A stretch of 63,055 bases of DNA, filler included, from Reticulomyxa filosa (GCA_000512085.1; 20 parts of 20 records of this genome joined end to end with filler, not necessarily neighbours in it), one strand, 5' to 3'; shown: positions 25,418 through 38,879, counted from the whole stretch's first letter. The notes: generated from the sequence alone by a model not told the origin. Numbers and translations: made by a program.

Positions 25418-25903
25418 TCTGGAAAACAAATTCAATGTTTAGAAGGTCATTCAAATTGTGTCAACTCTGTCCAATTTTCTCCTGATGGAACAAGAATTGT
25501 GTCAGGTTCAGAGGATAGCACAATTCGATTGTGGGATGCATTTTCTGGAAAACAGATTCAATGTTTAGAAGATCATTCAAATAATGTCACTTCTGTTCAA
25601 TTTTCTCCTGATGGAACAAAAATTGTATCTGGCTCATGGGATGATACTATTCGATTATCAGCTCGGTTTTTCCCTCTCAGTTCAAGTGTATCTGATATTA
25701 CTGATAATTTGGCTGCAATTCGTCTTCCTTCAAATGATTCTGAAGAAAGACATACTCATTCATTAAACAATAATGGAGAACAATGGAGGAGTATTTGGCA
25801 AGGTGGTAGCTGTTTGTCATTGAAGGGAAGTGTCTGGAAAGATACAAAAGGTTTAACCTCATTGCAAATGTCAGTTGTAGAGAGTTATGGAGGCACTTTC
25901 TGA
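25418..25903 (+). CDS. C-terminus of a WD40 protein with near-identical 126-bp repeats (NACHT/STAND-WD type tail)
   Basis: Two 42-aa repeats 'SGKQIQCLE(G/D)HSNxVxSVQFSPDGTxIVSGSxDxTIRL', followed by the tail 'LSLKGSVWKDTKGLTSLQMSVVESYGGTF*'. Confidence 0.8.
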   Translation, partial: SGKQIQCLEGHSNCVNSVQFSPDGTRIVSGSEDSTIRLWDAFSGKQIQCLEDHSNNVTSVQFSPDGTKIVSGSWDDTIRLSARFFPLSSSVSDITDNLAAIRLPSNDSEERHTHSLNNNGEQWRSIWQGGSCLSLKGSVWKDTKGLTSLQMSVVESYGGTF

Positions 25904-28239
25904 TTTGTTTGTCATTTTTATTTGAGCAAGAAATTGTAGATTTTAAGCATTTCTTGCATGATTCTTTTTTTTTTATGTAAGATATTGGTTTGTTTCTTTA
26001 TTTCATCAAGCATTGCGTTGTAAATATTTTTTACTGAATCATTTGATATAAATTTGTAAGTATCTTTTTTAGTTGATAAAGATGTTCTATGTCATAAACC
26101 AATAATTTATTGAATGTTATTTGCTGATCGATAATTAATACCAAGTATTTCACGTGATATGCTTCTTCAATTTCATCTTCGATCAATTGGTAGTGCTATT
26201 TCGTTTCTCCGGAATAAGTTGATAGAACAATGACAATAATATTTACATTTTTCTTATATATCTTTGATATTGTAACAGATATTTGTTCAATTAATGCAGG
26301 AATAACTGATACTTGTCAAATTCATTGATTTTCTTCTAAATACTATTTTTTCAGATAAGCTTGTTTTGTTGATTCCACTTCAATCTTTCAAGTTCGAAGG
26401 TTTTCAAAAAATAAAATTATGGTTACAAGAATTTTCTTAAAGATTTTGTCCAAGAATCGTAAAGATAAGGACCTGAAGAAAGCCAAGCGAAAACACTTGA
26501 AAAATGTTTCAACAAGTAAATTTAGTTGTACATTGAATGTCAATATTTTATGAGACTTCAACAATTCAAAAACAAAGACTAAGCGGATTTGGTTAAGCAA
26601 CGATCAAGTATCATATGACGGTTCAAAGTGAAGATCCAAAATTGTTTCAACAACAGTTGACTGATATGGCACTACATTTGAAGCATATTCATTATCATTT
26701 TCAACTTGCAACTTACTTCAAGGTCTTTCAAGGCTTGAAGTTCATTTGGGAATATCAGTTTGGAGATTTTGAAGAAAATTTTTTAGGAATTTTACTTAAG
26801 AAATTGGTTATTTTTTTAGCGAGAACTAAAATTTTAAAAGAAAGCAAATCGTTACAAAGGAACACAGTACTATAAAGAAAAACAAAAAATAAAAGGAAAG
26901 ATCCAAAAATTTATCAAACTCACACAATAGACAACAAACAAGCGAAAAACATATTCAAGTTTTAGTTAATCATTAAAATATCAAAAAAAGCAAATCAACA
27001 TAAAAGATTGCAAGTTAAGATCAATCAACATTTGTGAAAACAATTTTGGCCCTTCACTGTGGATGGTCAGGGGGATTACAGGAGCGTTATTTAATCAACT
27101 CATCAGAGTCCTTGCTTTCGAAGTGTTGAAATCTCACAAAATATCGAGATTCAATATATTTCTTTCACAAATCAAAGAAAATCAAAACAAAAAAAATTTA
27201 ACGTGTGAAGTTATTTGGTTGACTTGTTTCGTATCAAAGTAGATAAATTTTGTTTGACATTTTTGCTTGTTCATGAAAAAAATTTAAACCAACTTGCTAA
27301 CAGTCTGACTCAAAGTTGGTTAGTGGAGATTTCAAAAGAGAGTATTAGATTAGCACCAAAATTATCAGCATGAAGAAAGTTGGCACTACTGAAGGAAAAG
27401 ACAATTCGAGGCTAAAAGAAGAAAAACATCTTCGAGGTCTAAACCAAACACAAGATGGAGAAACAAAAAGAAAAGATAGTGAAAAAGCGCAACAAAAATG
27501 AAAAAAAAGGAAAAACTTTTAAAGCACAGAGGCCCCCAAAAAAGCTTCAACTTTTTTATTAAGTTTTGTTTTGAGTGGTAATGATTTTGTTTAAATTTGT
27601 CTAGTTTGATATTTTAATTTGACGGATTTTTAACATTCGAGCATCTAATGTCACCATTTGCTGCTGTTTCGAAGAATCTAAGCGTGATCTCAAAAGGATC
27701 ATTTGATTACCTCTGAGCTCAACAGAAGAAAGACAAAGCATTCAACAGTGTAATTCACAAAAGGCTTTGGGAATAAATTGAAATCATTTTACGATTAGAT
27801 AATTTGATAAATTTTTTCTTCAAAATTTGTTTAGTAGTTTGTTTTCTATGAGTCTTGCTTTGCTTCACTTTTGCCACAAACTTGCCTAAGACGAAATAGT
27901 TAAAAAAAATTAATATTTATCAATTTCATCATTAATATTAAATTTTCTAAAAAGTTGTATTTTAAAAGAGATTGCGCTTGGAAGAGTCAAGATAACAAAA
28001 CGAAAGACGCCAGATGATGGATTAACGGATGACATTGCAAAGAAATCAAAGTATCAATAATCGACGTTTCAAGTTGTATTATACAGCTCAAGTATGCAAC
28101 AAAACGAAGAAAAAAAGATTGATGAAATCACATTTGAAAATGTGTGGAAGAAAAATATGCAAACTAGACGACAATTACTGTGTACGAATACGCCAACGAT
28201 TATCGTTACTCTTATTAAGTTCAAAAAACTCAAATAAGC

Positions 28240-28370
28240 AACACCGGTGATTAAATTCATTGAATTGAGAAACAAGAATTCATTGGCCAGAAAAGTATTA
28301 GCGCATACATTTTCTGGAATTTCCGGACTTATTTTTTCATTTTGCAGTTGATGTTAATGAGAAACAACTA
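28240..28370 (+). mobile_element. Possible hAT transposase C-terminal dimerisation-domain remnant
   Basis: 'EKQEF..LARKVLAHTF..ISGLIFS', read across frameshifts, resembles 'FPxLxxLARKxLxIPASSxxSERxFS'. Heavily decayed. Confidence 0.35.
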
Positions 28371-28379
28371 ATTCAACTA

Positions 28380-28616
28380 CAGTAGATTGCAAAGAAAACT
28401 GAACGCATAAAACATATCTTATGATGATAATTGATTTTATCAATGAAAAATCAACATTTAGACCTAATTTTTTTTTTAAAAATATCTACAAGTCTTGTAG
28501 TTTTTAAATATGATATTGATTTTTTAATAACTTTTTTTTTTGTTGGATGAAATCAACATTCTTTCAAATGACTTTTGAAAATTCTGCGATAATGTGTATC
28601 ATTTGCACTTTTATTA
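28380..28616. mobile_element. MITE-like repeat copy
   Basis: TA|CAGTAGATTGCAAAG...GACCTAATTTTTTTTTAAAAATATCTACAA. Confidence 0.7.
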
Positions 28617-31600
28617 NNNNNNNNNNNNNNNNNNNNNNNNNNNNNNNNNNNNNNNNNNNNTTAATTAATTAANNNNNNNNNNNNNNNNNNNNNNNNNNNN
28701 NNNNNNNNNNNNNNNNATATCGTGCTCTTTTTACAAATATAATTAATTGAAAATTTTTCAAATTTCTTAATTGATTTTTTATAAAAAAACAAAAGACGTT
28801 ACCAAAAATCGAATAATAATCAAATTTTTTTCATTTTACTTTTTCCTTCGTCTGATTACAATTAATGACTGTAATCCGATTGGAATTTCAAAAAACTCTT
28901 GTAGAAAACAACTCAATAATTCGTTTTTTATTTCGTTGTCCTCTAACACTCATAATTTCACCACTTTGCCGAACTCATTCTAAAATTTCAGTCGTTTTCG
29001 TCGCTTTTTGACTCATTCTATTTGATGTCTCTTTTCATTTGATATTTTATTTTCTTCGTCATCTGAAAGCAAATCATTTAAGCTGCTAATCACTGATCAA
29101 AATAAGACATCTACAAGAGCATAGATTTGCGCACGCTTCATTATCACTCTCACCCTCTTTTTTGTGAATTAAAAATTGATATATACATTGACCAAATCCA
29201 AATATCGAGAAATGATATAATAAACAAACAAGATTGAAGCAAAATACTGATTTCAATTTTTTGTTTTTTTTTCATTAGATGTTGAACGACTTTACTTGAA
29301 AAAAAGCATAAAACATCAAAAAGACTTTAAGTCGCTTGAGATTAAAAAAAAACCCCTTGCATCATCGAGCCTATCATAAAAAGACAATATGTCACCATCC
29401 AGATCATGTGTTACCCCAGAAGAAATGGAAGATGAATCTATTCACAAGGAGAAAGATATGAACAAAGAAAAAGAAGAAACTAAAGAGACAAGCATACAAT
29501 TATCTCATAACTTGAAAAAAGAAAAAAATAGTGAGAACAAGTATTGGATGAAACAAACAAATCAGAACGTGCTGAAGCAAATGTGGAAAGAAAAGAGACA
29601 TGCTATGGCGATCATAACCTTTTCCATGGAGATGTGACAATGTCGATTGCTTCGAGGCGTTACTACAGTGGTGATCACATCTTACTCGACTTGTTGTTTT
29701 GGTCACTATCTTATGCAAGCGATCTGGGCCGAGATAATAATTATCAAAGTGGATTTTAGTCACAACAAAACAATAGTGACAATGGAGTGAAAGGAAAGAT
29801 GATTATTTGCCATTATGATAATACTAATCATCAATGCCAATACTAACGACAGCAGACTGGATAGAGTAAATGTATCGCGACACTGGCTCATTTCCATCGA
29901 CAGTATGCGAAGAAGCGGACAACAAATCAAAACGTCAGTATTTTGTTGGTATATACATATTCGATGACAATAGAAAAAGACTTTGGAATTTGGTATGATT
30001 TTTGATTTGAATGAAACCACATAGGCAAAAATGAAGACATGGGTGAAGGAGTGATCACAACAACAATTTCGCTCAATGAATGTCGGAACCAAATAGAAAG
30101 CGCTTATATTAAAAAAAAAAAAAAGACCGCAACAAAGAGAGATAGATTGAAAATGGGCAATCAAAGAGACAGCTGCCAAATATATATATACAAGTGAACA
30201 TGAAAGTCCAATTATTTCCAAACATGCAAATGATCGCCAATATCATTAAATATAAGTACTGATTTCTCTTTTGCTACATAAACAGCATATTACCATTTCG
30301 TTGTGCACGTAGTCTATGTGAAATGATATACGTACTTTTAAATGCATGGCAGCATCCATTGTAAGTAATATAAATTTGTTTTCATTGATTTGAGTAAAAT
30401 ATTTGAAAGATAAGAAAGGGAAGCTTGAAATATTAGTTTGGTTTGAATGACAATAGCAAGCGTTTATACAGTTATTTAAAAAAGAACTTATAATCATATC
30501 TATGAACAATTGATAATCATACTGCAATCTCGAAAATTAATTGAAGTGTGCAGCTTTATATGAAAAGGAGAATACCAAGAGATCATTATCCATATAATTA
30601 TTTTAAATTAAAAATCAATTTATAAATATAACTTTGAATAAAACAAAGCAAAAAAGAAAACAAACAAAAATCAAAACAAATCAAATTAAATGAAATGAAT
30701 AACGCAATGTGGAATCTTGACTTATGGAATTTAGTTCAAACTATTTCAGACAAGCAAAGGTGTGAGTGAATTAGAACCACAATGGAAAGCAAGATATCAT
30801 AAAGATGAAATAAAAACTGAACTGGAACCATCGTAGAATCGCACTTATGACGGCCGTTTTCCATAGTAGTGCTGTTATAGATTATTTGAAGCAATTACAC
30901 CACCCAAGTGGTCAATGATCACAAATCATCTATTATTTAATAAACGCAGGCCACTAGAAGGGGATGCAATGCATCCCTAAACGCGCGTCGATATCTACTG
31001 GCACCCGCCACATGGCTGTCCATAGATAAGCCGCGCATATTGGAGTCGTCGTCGATATGTTTGTCCACATATGTGGACACTTTTGCTTGCAGGACTGGTG
31101 GCTTCACGACTCCCGGAATGATGCAAACATTGCATCATATAATCGGCCTGCTACGCGTGCGGAATAAGCACTACAAAACAACTAAAACGCCATTACAGGA
31201 ATCAGGAACAACACAGGACCATTGCAGCAATAATAGAATATCCACCAATCAATAGCACCAAACATCACAATCAATCTAAAAATAAAATAAAAACAAACGT
31301 AAGGTAAAAAAAAAAAAAAAAAAAAANNNNNNNNNNNNNNNNNNNNNNNNNNNNNNNNNNNNNNNNNNNNTTAATTAATTAANNNNNNNNNNNNNNNNNN
31401 NNNNNNNNNNNNNNNNNNNNNNNNNNTTTTTTGCTGAGGATGGGTTGCCAGGTAGTGGCAAATAATAGTAAAATGAAAACTTCAAATGATGTGGCATAAA
31501 CATGAATACTAAAAAAGCAATATAAGCTTTGAAAACTTGATGTTTCCTTAAATTGGCATTATATAAAACAATCACATAAAATTAACTAAAAATTATTGCT

Positions 31601-31907
31601 AAAGCTAACATTTTACACTTTTTTCGAAGTGTTTGGAATTGAAAGTAATACAACTTACGATACTTTTAATGATTGATTAATTTTTTCGTTTGAAATATAC
31701 TAATTGGTATTACTGTGTGAATACAACGGAAGGACTAGGATGATTGTGGCTCAATTTGATTTGCGAAAGAAAAAGTGTTTTGTGAAAATTTTAAAAAATG
31801 ACGTTTGGCCTCAAAAAAAAATGAAAAGCTTAATTTTTGTTGGCTGGTTATTTGTAAACTATGGCTACTTATTTTTTAACTCTTCAAGTGAACGTATATT
31901 GAAGATA

Positions 31908-32351
31908 TCATTTATTTGTATTTTGTTCTGTCGGTTGCATTAGAAAAGAAGGTGAATCACCTCCATAAAAAACAACTGACTTTGATTGAAGGAAATCTGA
32001 ATACAATGGTTGCAAATTTTGACATGACACAGTGACATGATGAGTAGTATATGTATCGCCATCAGTCTCTTTTTTATGAATCGAGACTGGATACACTTGA
32101 TGATCGACATCAAACTTGCCACAAATGTTGCCCATTTGATCGTTAAATTCAGTATATCGCGCCAGACCATGAATGCGAACAGGAGTTCCAACAGGTAATG
32201 TCCAACTTAAAAGCGTAGATTCAGCTTCTTCGTTGTCTGTTGTGGATTGTCCAACATCGATGTCCAAAGGATGATCCCGCAAAGTGACTTTATCGTGCCC
32301 GGTATGTGCAATCTCATTAAGTTTGGCCATATTTTGACGTGAGTTCATCAA
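31908..32351 (-). CDS. Hypothetical protein fragment with a small SH3-like beta module
   Basis: 'LPVGTPVRIHGLARYTEFNDQMGNI...YPVSI...VTVSCQNLQPL' fits the GxxVxIxGL...NGxxG...V...NL motif common in protist proteins. Confidence 0.55.
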   Translation of the reverse strand: MMNSRQNMAKLNEIAHTGHDKVTLRDHPLDIDVGQSTTDNEEAESTLLSWTLPVGTPVRIHGLARYTEFNDQMGNICGKFDVDHQVYPVSIHKKETDGDTYTTHHVTVSCQNLQPLYSDFLQSKSVVFYGGDSPSFLMQPTEQNTNK

Positions 32352-32546
32352 GTCGAGCTACGTCAATGACATCAACAAAAAGTCCAATCGTCCAACAGTG
32401 ATACATCCCGCATACGAAATACATATACATATATGTATGATATATANNNNNNNNNNNNNNNNNNNNNNNNNNNNNNNNNNNNNNNNNNNNTTAATTAATT
32501 AANNNNNNNNNNNNNNNNNNNNNNNNNNNNNNNNNNNNNNNNNNNN

Positions 32547-32589
<43 letters not shown>

Positions 32590-32599
32590 GAAAGGGGAA

Positions 32600-32911
32600 T
32601 TGAAAATGATAACAGTAAACCAAGTGATTTGGGTAGGACCCTTGGTACTAACGCTGTGCCTATTCTCATCGCATCAGTACGAAAGACAGCTGTTCCTGAT
32701 GCTGTGCGTGGGCGGAATGCACACGGTGAATGCGCTGATAATGCTGCGTCCGAAGGACTTGTATTACCCACTTTCCCACAGCGCGTTGCGATGCCGTTGG
32801 AACTGTCTGCACGTGCGAAGACGCTATCAACGGGAGAACGATCACAACATTAGCTCCAGCAGCATGAGCGACTTGCGACCATACAAGCAATGGCGTTGGT
32901 CGGATCCTCAC

Positions 32912-32963
<52 letters not shown>

Positions 32964-33559
32964 TACCGAGACAAGCTAGCTTGTCCCATTCAAAAGAAAC
33001 CAGTGAGAGACGCACAGCAATCGAAATGAGCTATCAACTGACTTTGGAAGAGGTGTTGGCGAAGAAAAACGGATTCGAGCTGTTTGCGTCGCACTTGGTG
33101 AAAGAACTGTCTCTGGAAAATGTGCTGTTCCTCGTAGAGTATATGCAATTGAAGCACTTTGTCATGATTCACCAATTGTGTCGCTATGTAAGTGATATCG
33201 GTTATCGTATCCCCATTCCTCCGACCTTGATTCAAAAACATTTGCATCCACATTTGCTCCAAACGCACATCTCCACTACCGCCGCGTGGGCTATTTGCTT
33301 GGATATGTTTCATTACATGTATGCCCAGTACATTATGTCAGATTCTGTCGCCCTCTTGAATCTGTCGTTCGAGTCCAGCAACGCTATCACTTGCCAGATG
33401 CATCGACTCAAACATGACTCCACTGTTCATGAGCTACAGCCTTTGATCGCCGTTTTCGATGTCGCTGCCAGAGATATTATGAGTCTGCTCAGAGCTGATT
33501 CCTTTTATCGTTTCCAGCTCTCTCGTGAGTGCATTCGATATTGTGAAGAGTTGATTTAA
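32600..33559 (+). CDS. Membrane-RGS protein, 3' part (last TM helices, poly-Asn linker, RGS domain)
   Basis: Two hydrophobic segments and an (AAT)n poly-N linker precede 'LEEVLAKKNGFELFASHLVKELSLENVLFLVEY...AQYIMSDSVALLNLS...VFDVAARDIMSLLRADSFYRFQLS'. Confidence 0.85.
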
Positions 33560-34644
33560 AATATTTTTTTCTATCTCCTCTCTTTCCTCTCCTTTTCCTC
33601 TGAGATTCATTGCTGTGTCCGTGTAGTGTGTGTTTTTTGTTTTTTTCATTGTTTAACATGTGTTTTGTTTTTGAATGTAATCATTCTGCAACACTTCTTT
33701 GTGCTTTTCGGCGCAACGAGTGAGGAAGAATTTTGTTTATTTGTTATTTTTTTTTTTGTATGGTTTGATTTTGTTCTCATTAAAGCCTTCTTATATTACA
33801 ACAAAACTATGGTGTGGTAATTTTTTTTGTTGGTGTGCTTTTTTTTTTTTTGGGACATGACTCTGACGAATTGGTCGATTGTTGTTAAAAAAAACTTTTC
33901 GATAGAAGATCTAACTACTTCAGGTTTTGCGTCTATACGCTTGACGGGTCTCTATTCTCAAAAAAAAAAAGTGTACGTGTTTGCTAATCTTAAAACGTTA
34001 GACTGCTATTCTCCTTGAAAGTCAGATGATTATTAACATGCCTTTTTTAAGTCTGAAGAAAAGCGATCATTGCACTGATATTAGAGATGCGACAGCATCC
34101 ATTAATACACCGAGGGTTATCGCACATCATTTCTTCCTACGTTCATTAAAATCTTATTGCGATTTTTTAACAGGCAGACACTTTCGTTTAGTTAAAACAG
34201 TTCACTAACATGATACTCATAAAGAACAAGGCCCTACTGCCTGACGGTAAGCTCCGTCGTTTTCTTTGTTTATGTATTTCTCTGGTCCTTTTAATTTGTT
34301 TGCATTTTTGTTGAAATTTTGCCCCAAAACGACCCAATTTTCTACAGTCAGTGTCCCTTCCTACGTTTGCTGAAGAGGAAGGCAAGTGAGTCTGATCTAC
34401 AATCAAAACTAACAAATAAATTACTGTAGTTTTTTTTGAAACATTAGAACAGTTAACAAAAAAAAAGTTGTTTTTCAAGCGCATGCTAAAAGCTTTGGGT
34501 TGTCTGTTTGTTTATGCACAAGTGGTCCTTTCTTAATCGTGTAAATGATTACATCAACTTCACTGAAAACCCCCTTTTTCAGTTTTGGTCTTAAAAAACT
34601 CTTCTAATAAACTCCAAATTTTTCTCTATAAAAAAAAAAAACGA

Positions 34645-36351
34645 ATGAAATCAACAAGTAGTAAAAATAGTAAAACTCTATTTGACTTTTTGAAACCTGT
34701 GCCCAAGGAGTTGTCTCTTAGTCAGTGTGTAGTGTTCAAGTACGAACTACTAATATGCGGAGGAGGAAAGAAAAGTGAATGCTACACTTACCACACAACA
34801 GAAGACCAGTACAAGCATATTTGCTCTTATCCAAAAAAACGTGAACTTGTGGGGTCACAGCGTGGTGAGGCTTGTGAACAGCAGCGACCCAGATGAAATG
34901 ACCTTGTTGTCATTGGGTGGTCAAGGTGCAGGAGAGAAGAAGCATACATTGATAATGAAGTACGTAAGCGTTTGGAAAAATGAAAAGAACATTCCAAAGC
35001 AGTGTAATCAATGGACACCTTTGATGCATAACAACAAAGAGGTTGTGATTGGGAGAGAAGACGATGATTATCGTGGAGTGCGTGCAGTAATTGGTGGAAG
35101 TAATAATCATTTGTTATTTGTAACATACTTTCCAGCAAACATAGATGTGTTTGATGTGAATACGTACCAATACGTTGGGAACACGCGGACCACTCAAATG
35201 CCAAAGAAGGATAATGGATTTGGTTTAGGTTATCATTTTTTTGTATTAAAAGCAGAGAATGGTCTAGCAATGAATAATGACAATAATAATAACAATAAGA
35301 AACGAAAATCAGAACTGTTGCTATTTTGTCAGAACACGGGGTTATCAATTGAATTTGATGAGCAAGCCAATCGCTTTACATTCCATGATTTGTCTGTGGC
35401 AAAAGATATCGAAGCGTTCAACAATTACGCATACGTATGTTTCAATGACGTGGCTTTGTTTTTCAGTGGCTGGGATGACACGTCCAAAAAGGCCACGGAC
35501 AAGGTACACAAGTATTTGATCACAGATGACACGTGGGTGACATTCAAAAACACCTTGCCCTTCCCGTCGTACAGCTGCGTTGCGACAATGAGCCCGGACA
35601 ACAGATGCATCCATATAATCGGAGGGGTCAATGCAAGCAAGAAGAAGGTGACCACCAAGCATATGAGGATATTTGTGAGTGAGTGGTTAGAGGATGAAAA
35701 GTATGAGATGCTATCGATTGAAGGGACAGACGAAAGGAATGGAGAGAAAGAAGGAGAAGGAGGAGGAGAAGGAGGAGGAGAAGGAGAAGAAGAAAGAGGA
35801 AGTGAGGATAGAAGTGAAAATAAAAGTAGAGGAAGAAGCGAGTGGAAGCTATTAACAGACGAAAGGGAATACAAACAACAGTCAGTACAATCGGAACAAG
35901 AACAAGAATACGACGAGGAACAAGATTACATTTTCAAAGAAAATGACCGCATTGCCAAAGAGAATGACCATATCGCCAAGGAAAAAGATCGCATTGCCAA
36001 AGAAAATAACCGCATCGCCAAAGAGAATGATCGCATTGCCAAGGAAAAAGATCGCATTGCCAAGGAGAAAGATCGCATTGCCAAAGAAGAGGAAGCTCGC
36101 ATCGCCAAGGAAAAAAATCGCATTGTCGAGGAAAAAGAAAAAAAGGTCAAGTGGTTGAAATGGTGGAGTGAAATAGACGAAGAAGACAAGTCCAACACAA
36201 TCGAAATCTTTCAACGGAATGATCGCTCAGAATTTGAATTGTGGTTGCAAACCAAAAGCAAATGGAAGACTGATATCAGACTTGGTGACGTCGATGCAAT
36301 TTGCTTTGCCATTGATACGTATCTCATGTTTCAATCTATGGGCTATGTTTT
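34645..36351 (+). CDS. Kelch-like beta-propeller protein with a heptad-repeat coiled coil
   Basis: Kelch-type GG motifs ('ELLICGG', 'LLSLGG', 'AVIGG', 'IHIIGG'). One frameshift in an A run at ~34833-34839, probably a sequencing error. An acidic G/E linker and (KExxRIA)n follow. Confidence 0.8.
35935..36135 (+). repeat. 21-bp coding tandem repeat, KE(N/K)(D/N)RIA x ~9
   Basis: Recurring GATCGCATTGCCAAGGAAAAA-like unit, with one 8-aa unit (KEEEARIA). Confidence 0.9.
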
Positions 36352-37902
36352 NNNNNNNNNNNNNNNNNNNNNNNNNNNNNNNNNNNNNNNNNNNNTTAAT
36401 TAATTAANNNNNNNNNNNNNNNNNNNNNNNNNNNNNNNNNNNNNNNNNNNNGTTCAAGTCACATTATTCGATTGTGGAGATAAGTATGAAAAATTGTACA
36501 TGAAACAAATTCACGTTGATAGTATTTCTTTTTTTTTTTTATTTTTTGTAGAGGATATCAAAAACCTTGATTAATTGCTAATCTTCTATTGCTGAAGTTT
36601 TTGCATTGTGTGCAGTTTTTTAACTTTTTTTTTATTGTTATGAATGTTTGTTTTCGTTTTTTTTTTTTTTTTTTACGAGCAATAAATACACTTTTTGACA
36701 AATTTTTTTTTATTGACCACGTTTAAAGAGTTATTCTTCTGTGAACTAGCTGCTACAACACTGATGAAGCATTTATTTTTAAAAAGTGACATCAGGCAGT
36801 TTAGAAAATCTCTTCGATTTTGAACTTTCTGAAAAATTATATAGATTCCAAACTTACTTTTTCTAATAATATTTTATCAATTTATGAAACAAATATGGCA
36901 ATATATATATATATATAAGCTTGGAGAGCGAGAACAAACAAAAGACAATTTCTAAGAAAAAAGTAGTCAAGTACATGTAGCTGTTTTAGTATTCATCCAA
37001 CCACGGAAAACAATCTGCTAACTTTATCCTCGTATTTTCAAAGGAATGCAATATCAGAGTGGTTTTTTTCGAGCGGAGCGCGAACGTGCATCATCTTCAC
37101 ATCTTTCAATGTTTTCAAATGTTTGGACAGACATTCCTCGACATTACTCTTGAAGTTACATTGCTCTTTCACTTTTTTTTTAATCCGGGCGTTATCCAAC
37201 TCAGTTTTCTTATTTGTCCCCTTCTTTCTTTGCTTCCATTTTGATTAATCTTACTTTCACTTTGGGATACATCACCTTCCCCGAATTCGATAAAAAGCCA
37301 CAACACGATATCATGCTTTCCCTTGTACCGAGCCTGTACAATCTCCAACATTTTACGGTCCTTGAACTTGTAAACTTTTGGTGGTGTCATATCACTCTCC
37401 CGAAAATTTTTCAATGCTTCAAAAATGTACTTATTTTTTTTTGTGTTTTGATCCCCGAAGGTGGTTCAATTATTGATTGATTGAAAATTTCCAGTTTTTG
37501 AATACAACTAGAAATAGATTTCAACCCTTGTTCGTCACTACTTAAATTGTATAATCGATCATTGTCCACCTTTTTTATATGTAGATATATACATAAGTAA
37601 TAATAATGTGTTGAATAATATACATTACATGACACCAAACTCTTTGACCCTTCTTTTTTGTTTTTTCCTTTTTCTCATCTTCAGAATCTGAAGCACAGTC
37701 CTGCTCTGTATTGGCATAATATCCGCTCGAAGAATCTATGTATACATATCAAAAGCTTCTATTTGCATTCCTCCTCCAAAGTTGCTCTTTGTTAACTTGG
37801 ATCCCTCGGTGGATCACTGTCACTTCTCTTTAATGGAGAAAAAACAGAAATACTGCCCGTAACGCTTGCAAATCCACCCTGTTTATTTTCGTGCATTTCC
37901 AT

Positions 37903-37938
<36 letters not shown>

Positions 37939-38038
37939 NNNNNNNNNNNNNNNNNNNNNNNNNNNNNNNNNNNNNNNNNNNNTTAATTAATTAANNNNNN
38001 NNNNNNNNNNNNNNNNNNNNNNNNNNNNNNNNNNNNNN

Positions 38039-38680
38039 TTCTTTTGAGTACTGTGTTCTATTTCTTAGAACGAAGTGCTCTCCTAACTTGAAAGACCTGA
38101 GTTTGTGCAGGTAGAGAGTAGTCCAACACTTGACACGCCCCCACTGCAACCCATCTAGCAGAATCCTTGGTATTATAGTGAATGCAATTTCACAGACTCC
38201 ACCATTGGAATTACGAAGACAACAACTTTATCACAAGTATATTCGATGGAGTAATAAATTTCCAGGTCACAATTTGGCGATGGCGTATCAATTGTGGAGA
38301 AGCAATCACGATATCGAAAGTGATGTAAAGATAAGTTGGAGAGGAAAACTATCAACTCTGTCCAGAGCACTCACTCAGCTGAAGTTGGTATTTCAGATGT
38401 GCAGCCCAGATCAATATCCTCACTCAAACAGAGCCAACATCTGAAAGCACAGTTGCAATATTTGCGGAAGCTGCAGACCAGATCCAGGACTTGGAGGGGC
38501 AGGATTGGTCATCCAAGATGTCCACATTATCAAGGACTAGAGATAAATGGCAAGCAGCAATCAAGAATTTGTTGCCGCATTTTCAATTCAACACATCGAA
38601 CCTGAGAAGTTTGGTGATTGGAAACAAGACATGGGAACCTACAGAACTTGTGAAGTTTTGGAAGAATTATTTAAGATAAT
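38039..38680 (+). mobile_element. Non-LTR retrotransposon ORF2 remnant (post-RT region)
   Basis: 'ISQTPPLELRRQQLYHKYIRWSNKFPGHNL' is homologous to the minus-strand LINE copy 'ISQTPPLELCRRQEVKLYQKCIRMSKKFPDHNL'. Confidence 0.7.
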
Positions 38681-38879
38681 TTTTATCAAATTTATTTTTC
38701 AAGATTTTGGTACAAATGTTTCTTTTTAAATTATTGCAAAAAACGCCCGATTGGTTTTTTGGGTTTTCTTTTGTTTTATTTAATGCCATGTCCTATTGGA
38801 TCAGGTGCTTTTTCAACTTGCTTTTGTTTGCACTTTGAAAGGGCTGAAAACAGTGATGAGTGAAGGATGAAGCAAGGAG

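Noticed and set aside
29389-31260. Coding-like scraps on the 28.7-31.3 kb contig
   Set aside because: Many stops and no recognisable motif; probably decayed genes or elements, but I cannot assign them.
37000-37900. Short minus-strand ORFs that might be a transposase remnant
   Set aside because: No catalytic motif or terminal repeat was found to support a call.
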